From positions 1 to 29,334 of the forward strand of contig NW_021833151.1 in the NCBI RefSeq assembly GCF_006345805.1: a stretch of 29,334 nt of DNA, read 5' to 3'. Below are positions 1 to 9,900 of the stretch, in pieces. A program made the position numbers and the translations under genes. The notes beneath the pieces are model-generated. The model did not search any database. It was not told where the DNA came from and saw only the letters and a list, made by a program, of their open reading frames with translations. Position 1 is the stretch's first letter. Each line of letters begins with the position of its first letter. This stretch comes from Octopus sinensis. Its lineage: Eukaryota.

Positions 1-4
1 GAAG

Positions 5-70
5 ATAGATAGATAGATATATCATAGATGATAGATAGCTAGATAGATAGATAGATAGATAGATAGATAT
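5..70. repeat. (GATA)n microsatellite
   Basis: Tandem AGAT units read directly. Confidence 0.95.
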
Positions 71-620
71 CTTATTAGGAAGGAAAGGCTTAGTGCATGG
101 CCCATTGCAGAGCCTTCAAGTCTGGGAGAGGTGTCGTGCCAGCCACCTTCAGGCCGGGGAAATGAGAAGAATGCTTGCCAAAGGTTGGACGCCGGTAAGG
201 GCCAGTCGGTGGCTAGATTATGCTTGGAACACAAGTTAGCCAGGGTAGAATCTGAGTACAAAATACAAAGGGCCTGAAGAAATTCTTCACCGTATGCAAT
301 CTGTCGCTCTAACGTTTCCGATAGTCCACCATTTTAGATTCAAGGCCCCTGGAAGGATAAAAGGCCGAGTTCAGCTACGCAACACCTTTTGTCCGGCGCT
401 TCATCGATCACCTACGTATCTATCTCATTTTCCGCCTCCTTCTCCCTCCTTCTCTCTCCTCTCTCTTCTCTCTTCCCCTTCTCTCTTCCCCCTCTCACTC
501 TGTCTCTCTTTTCCTTTCTCTCTCCCTCTCTCTCTACTTATGTATCTAGCTATCAATCTAGCTAAAAAGCCATTGTATATATTTATCGATTGTCATACTT
601 ATCTACTCTAATGCTAATAT

Positions 621-658
<38 letters not shown>

Positions 659-712
659 GTAGACAGATATACAGATGTTATACTCATATATATTTACCTA
701 TATCCCTGAATA

Positions 713-765
713 TATGCACCTGTAAGTATGCACCCTGTAAGTATGCACCCTGTAAGTATGCACCC
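713..765. repeat. 15-bp minisatellite (TATGCACCCTGTAAG) x ~3.5
   Basis: Direct tandem copies; they produce the VHTYR repeats in ORF 698..1012. Confidence 0.9.
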
Positions 766-833
766 ATGCATACTTACACACACGCGCGCACTCAAACACG
801 CACGCGTGCACACACGCACATATACACCCATTC

Positions 834-1051
834 ATTTTGGGAATTGGTATTCCAAGTACATATAAAGCTAAACCCTTTTGGATAGAGAAAGTCGAAGGCT
901 GATGCTGCTGTTGGTACAATAGTAGAACACCCGTGTTGTTTACGGGAGACATGGGTTCGTGTCCCACGAGCAGCCTAAAAGTGTTCTTCAACCCAACATT
1001 CACTTGCCACAATCTCTAGCTTTATATTACTTCGAAAACCAATTCCAAAAT
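834..1051. mobile_element. MITE-like element with ~36-bp inverted repeats enclosing a tRNA-like sequence
   Basis: 834-870 ATTTTGGGAATTGGTATTCCAAGTACATATAAAGCTA versus the reverse complement of 1017-1051, ATTTTGGAATTGGTTTTCGAAGTAATATAAAGCTA (2 indels, 2 mismatches). No clear TSD. Confidence 0.6.
904..975 (+). tRNA. tRNA-like cloverleaf (pseudogene or derived; isotype uncertain)
   Basis: Acceptor GCTGCT/AGCAGC, D arm GTAC..GAAC, anticodon stem CCCGT/ACGGG with a 7-nt loop, variable loop AGAC, T arm TGGG-TTCGTGT-CCCA. A and B boxes are degenerate. Confidence 0.55.
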
Positions 1052-1124
1052 CAGAATTATTCCACATTCTCGCGAAACTTTTCGTTTCGATGTCAACAAC
1101 GTGTGTGTGTGTGTGTGTATTTTG

Positions 1125-1388
1125 TATCTGTGCTTGTGTTTGTCACCAACTACCACTTGACAACCGGTGTTCGCGTGTTTTTGTCCCGGTAACATAGCGG
1201 TTCGGCTTAAGACTCGATAAAATATGTACTGGGGTCAAATTCATTTGAGTAAAAAATTTTCAGGGTGATCGATTAAGTACTAGGCTTACAAAGAATAAGT
1301 CCTAGGGTCGATTTGCTCGACTAAAGGCGGTGCTCCAGCATGACTACAGTCACATGAATGAAACAAGTAAAAGAGTAAAGAGTAAGAG
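1125..1388 (+). mobile_element. SINE family A, 3' portion (two fused partial copies)
   Basis: Matches the 3' half of 12874-13283: CTTGACAACCG...AAGTACTAGGCTTACAAAGAATAAGTCC...GGCGGTGCTCCAGCATG, then an (AAAGAGT)n tail. Confidence 0.85.
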
Positions 1389-1499
1389 AGTATCCAACGA
1401 GATGAGTCTCTCGGTGGTTTTCCTCCGACTTTGTAGAAATAGTAGTCAAATCCCGATAAAATCACACCATATTGTCTAAGAAAATGGCACACATTGAAT

Positions 1500-1595
1500 A
1501 ATGTGCGTTCGCTACATATAGAAAAAACACGGGTGGGTCACAACTGGAATGTCTTTGATCAAAAGGTGTGTTAGCTCATGTGACTAAACAACAAT
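1500..1595 (-). repeat. Old dispersed repeat, family E fragment
   Basis: GGTCACAACTGGAATGTCTTTGATC motif shared with 2588-2760, 5846-6020, 16540-17190 and 17240-17370. Confidence 0.5.
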
Positions 1596-1599
1596 AGCC

Positions 1600-1811
1600 A
1601 AAGGAACATGTGATCTCTTGAGCACCACCAGCAAAAATATTTTTTTCCTCTGTCTTCCCTTCTCGGGATCTTTCCTTCTCCTTGTTTCCGACGAAGAGCT
1701 CCGCTCGAAACGTTAAACCCTCCTTCCCTTCTTTCCTGAGCGTCAAATAATACTTTAATTGTTCCACGTCCTCGCGTTGCTGTGTTTTTTTCTGTGTTTT
1801 CTTGTTTGGAT

Positions 1812-1816
<5 letters not shown>
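1600..1816 (+). mobile_element. Short hammerhead-bearing element, probable 3' pseudo-LTR end of a Penelope-like family
   Basis: Pyrimidine tract, hammerhead motif, TTCCTGAGCGT motif and a T-rich end abutting (TA)n. Same layout as 2296-2488. The 5' boundary is approximate. Confidence 0.65.
1684..1718 (+). ncRNA. Minimal type-I hammerhead ribozyme motif (core CCGACGA)
   Basis: GTTT-CCGACGA-A-GAGC tcc GCTC-GAAA-CG-TT-AAAC. Stem I GTTT/AAAC, stem II GAGC/GCTC, palindromic AACGTT in place of stem III. Confidence 0.8.
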
Positions 1817-1862
<46 letters not shown>

Positions 1863-2295
1863 TGAGAGAGAGAGAGAGCGCGTATACACACACGCATAAC
1901 ATACACACACATACAGAGTCACACTAACAAGCGTACATTTGTACACATAGACATACTTACAAATGCATACGTACATAATACGCCATTGCATATACATACG
2001 TATGCCTCTCCACATATATATATATAAGTACGTGCGCGCACGCACGCACACACACACATATGTATGTATATGTAGCTCACTCTCTTTCCCTCTCGTCATA
2101 CACACACACACATATATATTATAATATATATATAATATATATATTATATTATATATATATATATATATTATATATATATATATATATATATCTATATATA
2201 ACACACACACCTACATGCACACAAGCTCATACGTAGGTATATACGTATACACAGAAATAAGTACACACGCACGTACATACATACATACATATATA
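1816..2295. repeat. Compound (TA)n/(GA)n/(CA)n/(TACA)n microsatellite block
   Basis: Read directly. Confidence 0.9.
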
Positions 2296-2488
2296 CAGTC
2301 ACCATGATAGATTGTTAGCCACTACACACATTTTTTTCTCTCCTTGTTTTTTCATGTGTCCTTTTCTGTAGAAGAGCGTAGGCTCGAAACGTAAAAGACT
2401 TTTTCTATTCCTGAGCGTTATACTAATACATCTGTTTGTTTTGTACACCACCTGTCTTCGTCTTTTGTTTTTTTCGTAAAATCTCCCT
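2296..2488 (+). mobile_element. Second short hammerhead-bearing element, probable Penelope-like pseudo-LTR end
   Basis: Flanked by TACA repeats. Shares GAAGAGC..GCTCGAAACGT and TTCCTGAGCGT..TAATAC with 1600-1816. Confidence 0.65.
2361..2397 (+). ncRNA. Minimal hammerhead-like motif (core CTGTAGA)
   Basis: CTTTT-CTGTAGA-A-GAGC gtag GCTC-GAAA-CG-TA-AAAG. Palindromic ACGT stem III; core A6 is replaced by U. Confidence 0.65.
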
Positions 2489-2587
2489 ACATACATAGAC
2501 ATACAGTCAGGCATACATACAGGCAGACAGGCAGACATAACTAACCCCACCAAAATGACAACAGATGGTCAACATGGCAGCATGATG

Positions 2588-2760
2588 TGCTAGAAATAGC
2601 AACCTTATTTCTCTCAAATCAAACCTTACTTTCTGAGGAATAAGGAAACATCACTTTAGATAATGTTGTCCTATATAATCTGCAAAGAGGCGATGGTCAC
2701 GATTGGAAAGTCTTTAACCAGGTTTCACCTGGATTAAATAATGAGAGCGGACAACACAAT
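2588..2760 (-). repeat. Old dispersed repeat, family E
   Basis: GCTAGAAATAGC..CAAATC...GATGGTCACGATTGGAAAGTCTTT resembles the reverse complement of 5846-6020. Confidence 0.5.
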
Positions 2761-2843
2761 ATGTGTTTTTGAGTGTATGTGTATGTAGGTGAGTGCGTGT
2801 ATATGTATAGATGTGTGTGTGTGTATTTGTGTGGGGAGCTGTA

Positions 2844-3305
2844 GGCGCATGCATGGTTCTGTAGTAAGAAGTTTGCTCCCCACCGACATGGTTCCGAATT
2901 CCGTTCCATTTCGTGGATCCTTGGGCAGACGCCTCCCACGATAGCCTTCGGGCCGACCAAAGCCTTGTGAGTGGATTTCATAGACGGAAACTGGAAGAAG
3001 CCCATTGTCACTAGCATAGCTAGAGTGTGTGCCGCCCGGGACGGCCCTTACGTCTTCCGTCCCCGGACCCCACAAAAGACATGTATTGCCTACAGCAGAC
3101 CCAAAAGTATATATATGTATGTTTGTATGTATTCCCTTTCACCATCACTTCACAACTGATGCTGGGGGTGTTTACGTCCCCGTAACTTAATAGAATAAAT
3201 ACTAGGTTTACAAAGAATAAGTCCAAGGGTTGATTTGCTCGACTAAGGGCGGTGCTCCAGCACGGCCGCAGTGAAATGACCGAAACAAGTAAAAGAACAG
3301 AAGAA
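2844..3305 (+). mobile_element. SINE family A, diverged, with an internal ~100-bp insertion
   Basis: tRNA-like head, GGCCGACCAAAGCCTTGTGAGTGGATTT core and 3' GGCGGTGCTCCAGCA..GAAACAAGTAAAAG. Confidence 0.85.
3011..3107 (-). mobile_element. Possible Helitron-like 3' terminus inserted in the SINE
   Basis: The minus strand shows a GC hairpin GCCGTC-CCG-GGCGGC followed by CTAG motifs, the last followed by T. No 5' TC end found. Confidence 0.3.
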
Positions 3306-3859
3306 TATATATATATACATGACGACTTAGGACACACACATTCATAAACACACACATATCCACCCATCCACACACACACATACACACATACATAGATATA
3401 TATTCATAAATATATAAATATATATATACTCTCATAACATATACTCATATGTAGACCCACGAACACACCAATACATACGCACAGATACACACACAAACAC
3501 TCACATACACAGATGTATATATATACACACACACACACAGAGTTGAGTGACTGCATTTTTAACCTAATGTAACTAAACACTGGCTTACGTTACGCACATG
3601 CGTACGTACATACATACGTATGATACGTATGTACGTACGTACACACGAAACCTTAATATACCTCGTAGCAAACCCCAATCTCTTACCACAGGCACAAACA
3701 CACATGCACACACACACACACACACACAAGCACACAAGCACACACACACAGTAACCGAGATAAGCCGGTTTGCAATTCCTCCCCACCATAGACATTTGCA
3801 CGCTGTTGAGATCAGCTGACATTATTCACAGTTTTATAATACACGCAACGGTTGAGTGC

Positions 3860-4158
3860 GGTGTCGGCGACGGCGATGCTTGTAGTTGTAATAACTATAG
3901 TAGTAGTAGTAGTAGATGGTGGTGGTGGTGGTTGTGGTGGTGGTGGTGGTGGAGCGACGTTGGCGGAGTTATGTGCTGGTGGCGTTAGCGGTAGTGGAGA
4001 CAACGGGGTTGGTGGTGTTAGTTATAGTAGCGTCAGTGGTGGTGGTGGTGTCGGTGGAGATAGCTGTAATTCCTGGTGGCGGCGGCTGTGGTGGTGTTGG
4101 TGGTAGTAGTGATGGGTTTACTAAATTAGTCAGTTAGTTAGTTAGTTATTAGTAGTAA

Positions 4159-4196
<38 letters not shown>

Positions 4197-4680
4197 ATTT
4201 TTGTTGGTCTTATTGTCGTAGTGTTGGTGGTGGTGGTGGTGGTGTTACTGCTGCTGTTACTGGTATTTGTAGTAATAGTAATTTGTGCTGGCTGCGGAGG
4301 TAGTGGTGAGTGTATTAGTTTGTAGTAACCTAAAATAGATTGTAGTAGTAGTAGTAGTGGTGGTGGTGGTGGTGGTGGTGGTGGTGACGGTGGTGGTGAT
4401 GGTGGTGGTGGTGGTGGTGGTAGTAGTAGTTGTAGTAGTAGTAGTAGTAGTAAAAACCGCAAAGTTGGTTCCAAGGACGGGGATACGGAGAACGGGTGCG
4501 GTGACGGCGATGACGGGTGGTTAGGAGCGGACGATGTAATACTCGTGGTCACGGTGGTGTTGTTACAGTTGTTTGTTATTGTTGTTAACAGCGGCGGCGA
4601 TAGTCACGGTGGTGGTTATGGTACTGTTGGTGGTGGTGGATGTTGTGTGGCGGTGGTGGTTGTAGCTATTGTGATGTCAG
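3860..4680. repeat. (GGT)n/(AGT)n trinucleotide low-complexity block
   Basis: Read directly; source of the poly-V/G/P/T ORFs. Confidence 0.9.
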
Positions 4681-4919
4681 AGCAGAAGCAGAATCAAAAC
4701 AAAAAAAAAATTTATAAGAAAAAACGAAAAAGAAAAACAGAACGACTATGACGACGACGACGATGGCGAGACGGACGGCGATGACACGAACACACGAACA
4801 CAACGGCAATCTCTAGATATATATGGAGAAAAAACCTCATAACATACAACAGAAGCATACGCAAATCAACATAACACAGCTGCTAGTGTCGCCTTACACA
4901 TACACATACAATACACCAT

Positions 4920-4952
<33 letters not shown>

Positions 4953-5094
4953 AATATATACATACATACGTACATACAACCATGTAGCGTAAGAGGCCGT
5001 GTCGTAATCACATTTCTGTGTAGTGAGTGTACGTCTGCGTATGTGCGTACGTGTGCGTGCATGTGTAACGTGGATGTGTGAAGCCGTGTGGTGG

Positions 5095-5335
5095 TGATTC
5101 ACTGCTAATGAATGAATGAATGAGCAAACAATGAATGAAAAGTGTGTAGCGGGGGGGGCGGGGGAGGTGGGAAGAGGGAGAAGGGCAGGGGAGGAGGAGG
5201 GCCTTGCCTGCCACTACTGTACAATGGGGGCTAGACATACAGACAGACATCTCGGCAGTCAGTCAGGCAAACAGGACGATGGAAGCCCTCTTTCCGCGCA
5301 GCTGACATTTTCGACGCCACCACCTGTCACTCCCC
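5095..5335 (-). promoter_or_regulatory. Candidate host promoter or regulatory region
   Basis: GC box GGGGCGGGG near 5155-5163, TCATTC repeats (initiator-like on the minus strand), CAGCTG and CTGTCA motifs, inside a SINE-free CpG-rich block. Confidence 0.25.
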
Positions 5336-5845
5336 TCTTTCACTCTCTCACTCTTTCTTCTCACCTTTTCTTCTCTTACTCTCAACCCTCTCTCTATCTA
5401 TCACTACAGTATTTTCCGCCTTCGGTCTTCATTCTATTTATATCATCTGACTGTCCCAGTATCCCCCTCTCTCATTCTCTTAAAGCCCTCGCGCTCTCTC
5501 TCTCTCTCACTCTCACTCACTCCCTCTTCTCTCTTATTTTCTTTCTCATTTTCTCTCTCTCTCTCTCTCTCTCTGTCACTCTTTCTCTTTCCTCTTCGCG
5601 CTCTATCACTTTTTGTTGATGTATGGATTTCGTCATGCTTGTATTTCATGTCATGTGTGTGTGTGTGTGTGTGTATGTGTGGTGCGTGCGCCTGTATATG
5701 CGTTTGTATGTGTGTAATGTGTTCTTCTCTTGTATGTTTGTAAGTGTGTGTGTGTGTGTGTATGTGCGCAGGCACCCCGTGTGTATACGTATATTGTATA
5801 CTTGTCTTGTATGTTTGTGTATGAGTGTGTGTGTGTGTGTGTGTT

Positions 5846-6020
5846 ATTGTTGTTGCTCAAACCACGAAAGCCCTGTTCGAAGAGACTTATGGAGTAAGGC
5901 GTTCCAGCCATACCATTCCTGCCATTTTCTCAGGGACAGCGCATGCGAAATGTTTTCATAGTCCGTATCTAAGACGGCAGGGTGTCAGCTGAAGGAGATT
6001 TGCTACTATTTCTAATATTA
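5846..6020 (+). repeat. Old dispersed repeat, family E
   Basis: AAGGCGTTCCAGCCATACCATTCC...GGAGATTTGCTACTATTTCTA; similar to the other E copies. Confidence 0.5.
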
Positions 6021-6143
6021 AAGTTCACGGGTTTACCACACACACACACACATAGATACATACACATACTATAATATATATTATATATATCATATATATA
6101 TATATATATATATAGATATATATATATATTATATATATATATT

Positions 6144-6968
6144 ATGGGTGTGTGATTGTTGTATAGAAAATATATTAATAAAAAGAATTCCAACCTTGTC
6201 TGATTTTCACGTTTTATTTACAATCTTATAATGATATATTATAAGATAATATATTATAATTGAATAAAATAAAATGAAATAGTAGAATGTTAAATATTCA
6301 TTCTGATTGAACTAGTACTTTCTTCATTGAATTCTGCAATCTTCGGGTTCATGTAGTAGTGTTGACAGTCATGCTTCACAATTTTTGACTGTAGCAAGAT
6401 GATTGATTCTGTGCTATAAATACAGCTGGGTAGGCTCCAGAGTGCTAGGTTTTGCAAACTGTATTCTGACCAATCAGTGTGTAGTATCACTCAATTACTT
6501 AAGCTGATTGGTTGGTTGAGCTGATTGGTTTAGGCATCACGCTTTGTTGGACATGTCAAGAGTCCTGTATCTTGACCCTGGCCGAAGCAGCAATTGTTGG
6601 GTTATTTTTAGAAATGTTGTAAATATCCTTTGTCAGATTTATTTTATATTTATATTTCAATTGTCATCATCATCATTGTCAGCACCTTAATTATTGTTGC
6701 TAGTGGTGATGGTTATGGCAATAGAACTTTAACCCTAAATAAGATAATTTTCCTGCTATCTTCGTCTTGATCACCTTTAGTATTGTTGTTGTTGTTAGTG
6801 GTCATGGTCGTAGCAGTGGAAGTAATACCTCTAAGTATTATTATTATTATTATTGCCTATTTAGCTTGGGTTCGAATTTATCAATAAAATTCTTTTCTCT
6901 GATTTTCCTCTCGATTTCACTTGGGCTGTGTAATTTGTAAATGGAAATATTATATATATTTTCCGACC
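6144..6968 (-). repeat. Downstream (3') pseudo-LTR of the PLE
   Basis: Near-identical to 10407-11237; includes the ORF C-terminus and 3' UTR. Confidence 0.95.
6308..6351 (-). ncRNA. Minimal hammerhead ribozyme motif, copy 1 (stem II altered)
   Basis: Minus strand TGAAC-CCGAAGA-TTGCAGAATTCAATGAA-GAAA-GTAC-TA-GTTCA. Confidence 0.7.
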
Positions 6969-9900
6969 ACATGTTTCTAGGTGGTTACTCAAAGGTATCT
7001 GACGGACCTCTGGGTCTCTAATCTGTTGCCGGTGTACACGTGAGCGTTCTAATAGTGCGTTTTCCGTCTGACCTACATATATTTCTTCACAATTTGGGCA
7101 TTTGATGCAGTAAATTAAATTTCTGCTTTTGCAGTTCATATTCGCGTTTGTGAATATTTTCCCGGTTTTTGTGTTTATATATTGACCGGTATGTATGAAT
7201 TGGCATGTGCCACATCGGCTATCATTGCATTTAGATACCGTGAATGTTTGGTCTTTGTTGTTGAGGTCAAATTTTGCCTTTGTTAGTAATGTTTTCAAGT
7301 TTTTAGGCTGTCTTTTACTAAGCACCATAGCTCGATCTGTGATTATGTCTTTTAATTCATTACTTTGGGCAATGATTGGTAGGTTTGCTTTGGCAATGTT
7401 GAAGATATTCTGGTGACATGGGTTGTGTGTCACTATGAATGGTATGACTTGTTCTTGTTTTCCTCTTCCTTGGGTTGTCCTAAGTTGTTGTATAGGTATT
7501 TTTATAGCCCGCTGTATGCCATTTTCTATAAGTAGAGATGGGTATTTTTGTTTGAGCAAAAATTCTCTTAGTTCTATTAGGCGTTTGTTCCTGATATTTG
7601 CATCTTCTACAATAGTACAAATTCTTCTGGCTAGGCAGTATGGGATGTTACGTTTTGTATGTGGTGGATGGCACGACTTAAAATTTAGGTATTGATGTGT
7701 GTCTGTGTGTTTATAGTATATATCTGTGGTGATGGTGGTGTCTTTTTTAATTACCATTATATCCAGGAATGGTAATTTGGTACTACTCATCTCCTTTGTA
7801 AATTGGAGAGATGGGTGTAGGTTGTTCAGGAGGATATTGAACTCTTCCAGAGTATTTAGAGATTCTGTCCATTATGAAACAGTCGTCTAGGTATCTCTTC
7901 CATGCCTTTTCAATATACTTTCTAAACCCAGTGCCATAGTTTACCTCCACCTCTTGGTAGAGTTGTTCTTCTAAGTATCCCATTACAGAGTTGGCGTAAA
8001 CGGGAGCAAACCTCGTTCCCATCGCCGTGCCTCTAATTTGGATGTAATTCTTTCCATTGAAGAAGAATGTGTTATTTTCTAGAATAAGCTTGACTGTGTC
8101 TAATATAAATGGCACTGTGAATCTGCTGGGAATCACTTCTCTATGTTTTTCTAACCAGTATTTAATCGCCTTTATTCCTAAAGCGTGTGGAATATTGGTG
8201 TAGAGGCTTACACATCAAAACTTAGTAAAACTGAATTTGTTTCTGTTGTTTTGGGAAGATGGGACAGGAAGTCGATGTCATCCCTGATGAAACTTGGTAT
8301 GTAAGTACATAGTGGTTTCAAAACAATGTCAATAAAATTGCTTAGACGGTGTGTAGGGCATGCTGGACCAGCTATAATAGGTCTAAGTTTTAGGTCTTTT
8401 GGATGTAATAATTTATGTACTCACTTTCTTGTTCTGTTACTGCCTGTTGAATGTTTTTTGATTTGTGTATTTTTGGTAAGCCGTAGAAGTTGCTGGGTTT
8501 TGGTTCAAAATTGGTGATGTAGTCTTTTTCATTATCCGTAAGTGAGTTGTGGGTGTGTTGAAATCAGGTTGTTGATCTTTTTCATGATGTGGTGGTCTAT
8601 ATTTGCGGGTATTTCACAATAGAAGGTTGTATCCTTCAGTTGGTCTTCAACCAAATCCTTATAGTATTCGGTATCCATAATAACAATTGCACCACCTTTA
8701 TCTGCTTGTTTAATTATTATTGTTTGATCGTTTTGTATACGTTTACATGCAGACATCTCTGATTTGCTAATGTTTGGCCTAACATTGGTATTGCGTCTAA
8801 GGGGAAATTTAGACAGGATATCAATGTATTGGTCAAGGTAGTTATTTCTTCCTCTTTGTGGGGTGAAATTTGATTTATTCCTTACTAGGGATTCATCAAT
8901 CTCATTACTTTTGTTAGCGAAGAATTCTACAAGTCGTAATTTTCGACAGAATTTTTGGATATCCTCCTTTAATTCTTGGTGGTTGGCTGTTGGTGTAGGT
9001 GTGAATTTCAGTCCTTTTGACAGAAGTTGGATTTCATCATTGTCAAAATCTCTTTTTGATAAATTAATTATTTTAGGATCTATACGTTCAGTTGTTTGGG
9101 GTATGTTTCCTCTTGGATTTTTTCTTTCTCCGGTGTTTGTTGTCCTGACGTAAAAAAATGGATTTTTTTCTGGTTATGATTTATATTCCTGTTGATGTTT
9201 GCTTGATGAATTTTGCGTTTTGGTTGTGGTACTTTACTTGGTTTCGTTATGTTTTCTGTCTTGTTTTTGGTATTATGTATGCTACTTTTCAATTTCTTGT
9301 TAGCAATTGTTTTTAACCACCTGGAGAAATGATCTGGGTTTACTTCTAGATCTAGATCGGTTTTTGTCCAGTTTCTTGTGGGTAATCTCTGTTGAGGTCT
9401 TGAAAATGATCTGTTATTTCTACTGCTAATGGTCTGTTCAAAACAATATCTATTTTGTTTGTGCTTTTTGTTCATGTTGTGTGCATTGGGGTGTTTGCAT
9501 ACAAAATGGGAAGAGTTCTTACCGTAGTTCGTCTTCGATTCGTGGTGAAACAGGTGTTCATGTTGCCACGTGTTCTGGTGTATGTTGCGTTGGTGAGGTT
9601 GTCCACTTTTAATGCTATTTCTTGGAGCTCTGTTGTCTTTACCGTAGTTTGTAGCATATTTGTCGAGAAATAATTGTTTCCGCTGCCAAAACTTTCTTGA
9701 TCTGCTTTCTTCTTTTGAGATATCTCTGATCCATAGTTCTCGCATTTTTTCTGTTATATTGCCGGTCGTTAGTTTGGATATTTCATCTCTGATTTGATCA
9801 TCGATAGCTTCGTATTTGGCTTTGTAGCGGGATTGTTTAGACAGGGTAATGGAGATGTCGGTCCTGAATTTTATCAAACTAAGGTCCCATCGAAGTTTAG

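Noticed and set aside
22-611. ORFs 22..261 and 294..611, and an open frame at 71-277
   Set aside because: No recognisable domain; they run into GATA or CT repeats and a decayed SINE fragment.
713-765. Short direct repeats as a CRISPR-like array
   Set aside because: Head-to-tail 15-mers with no spacers, in eukaryotic DNA with no cas genes.
3770-4751. Poly-Pro/Gly/Val/Thr ORFs, including a signal-peptide-like poly-Leu run
   Set aside because: Products of GGT/AGT repeats that are open in several frames on both strands; many have non-ATG starts.
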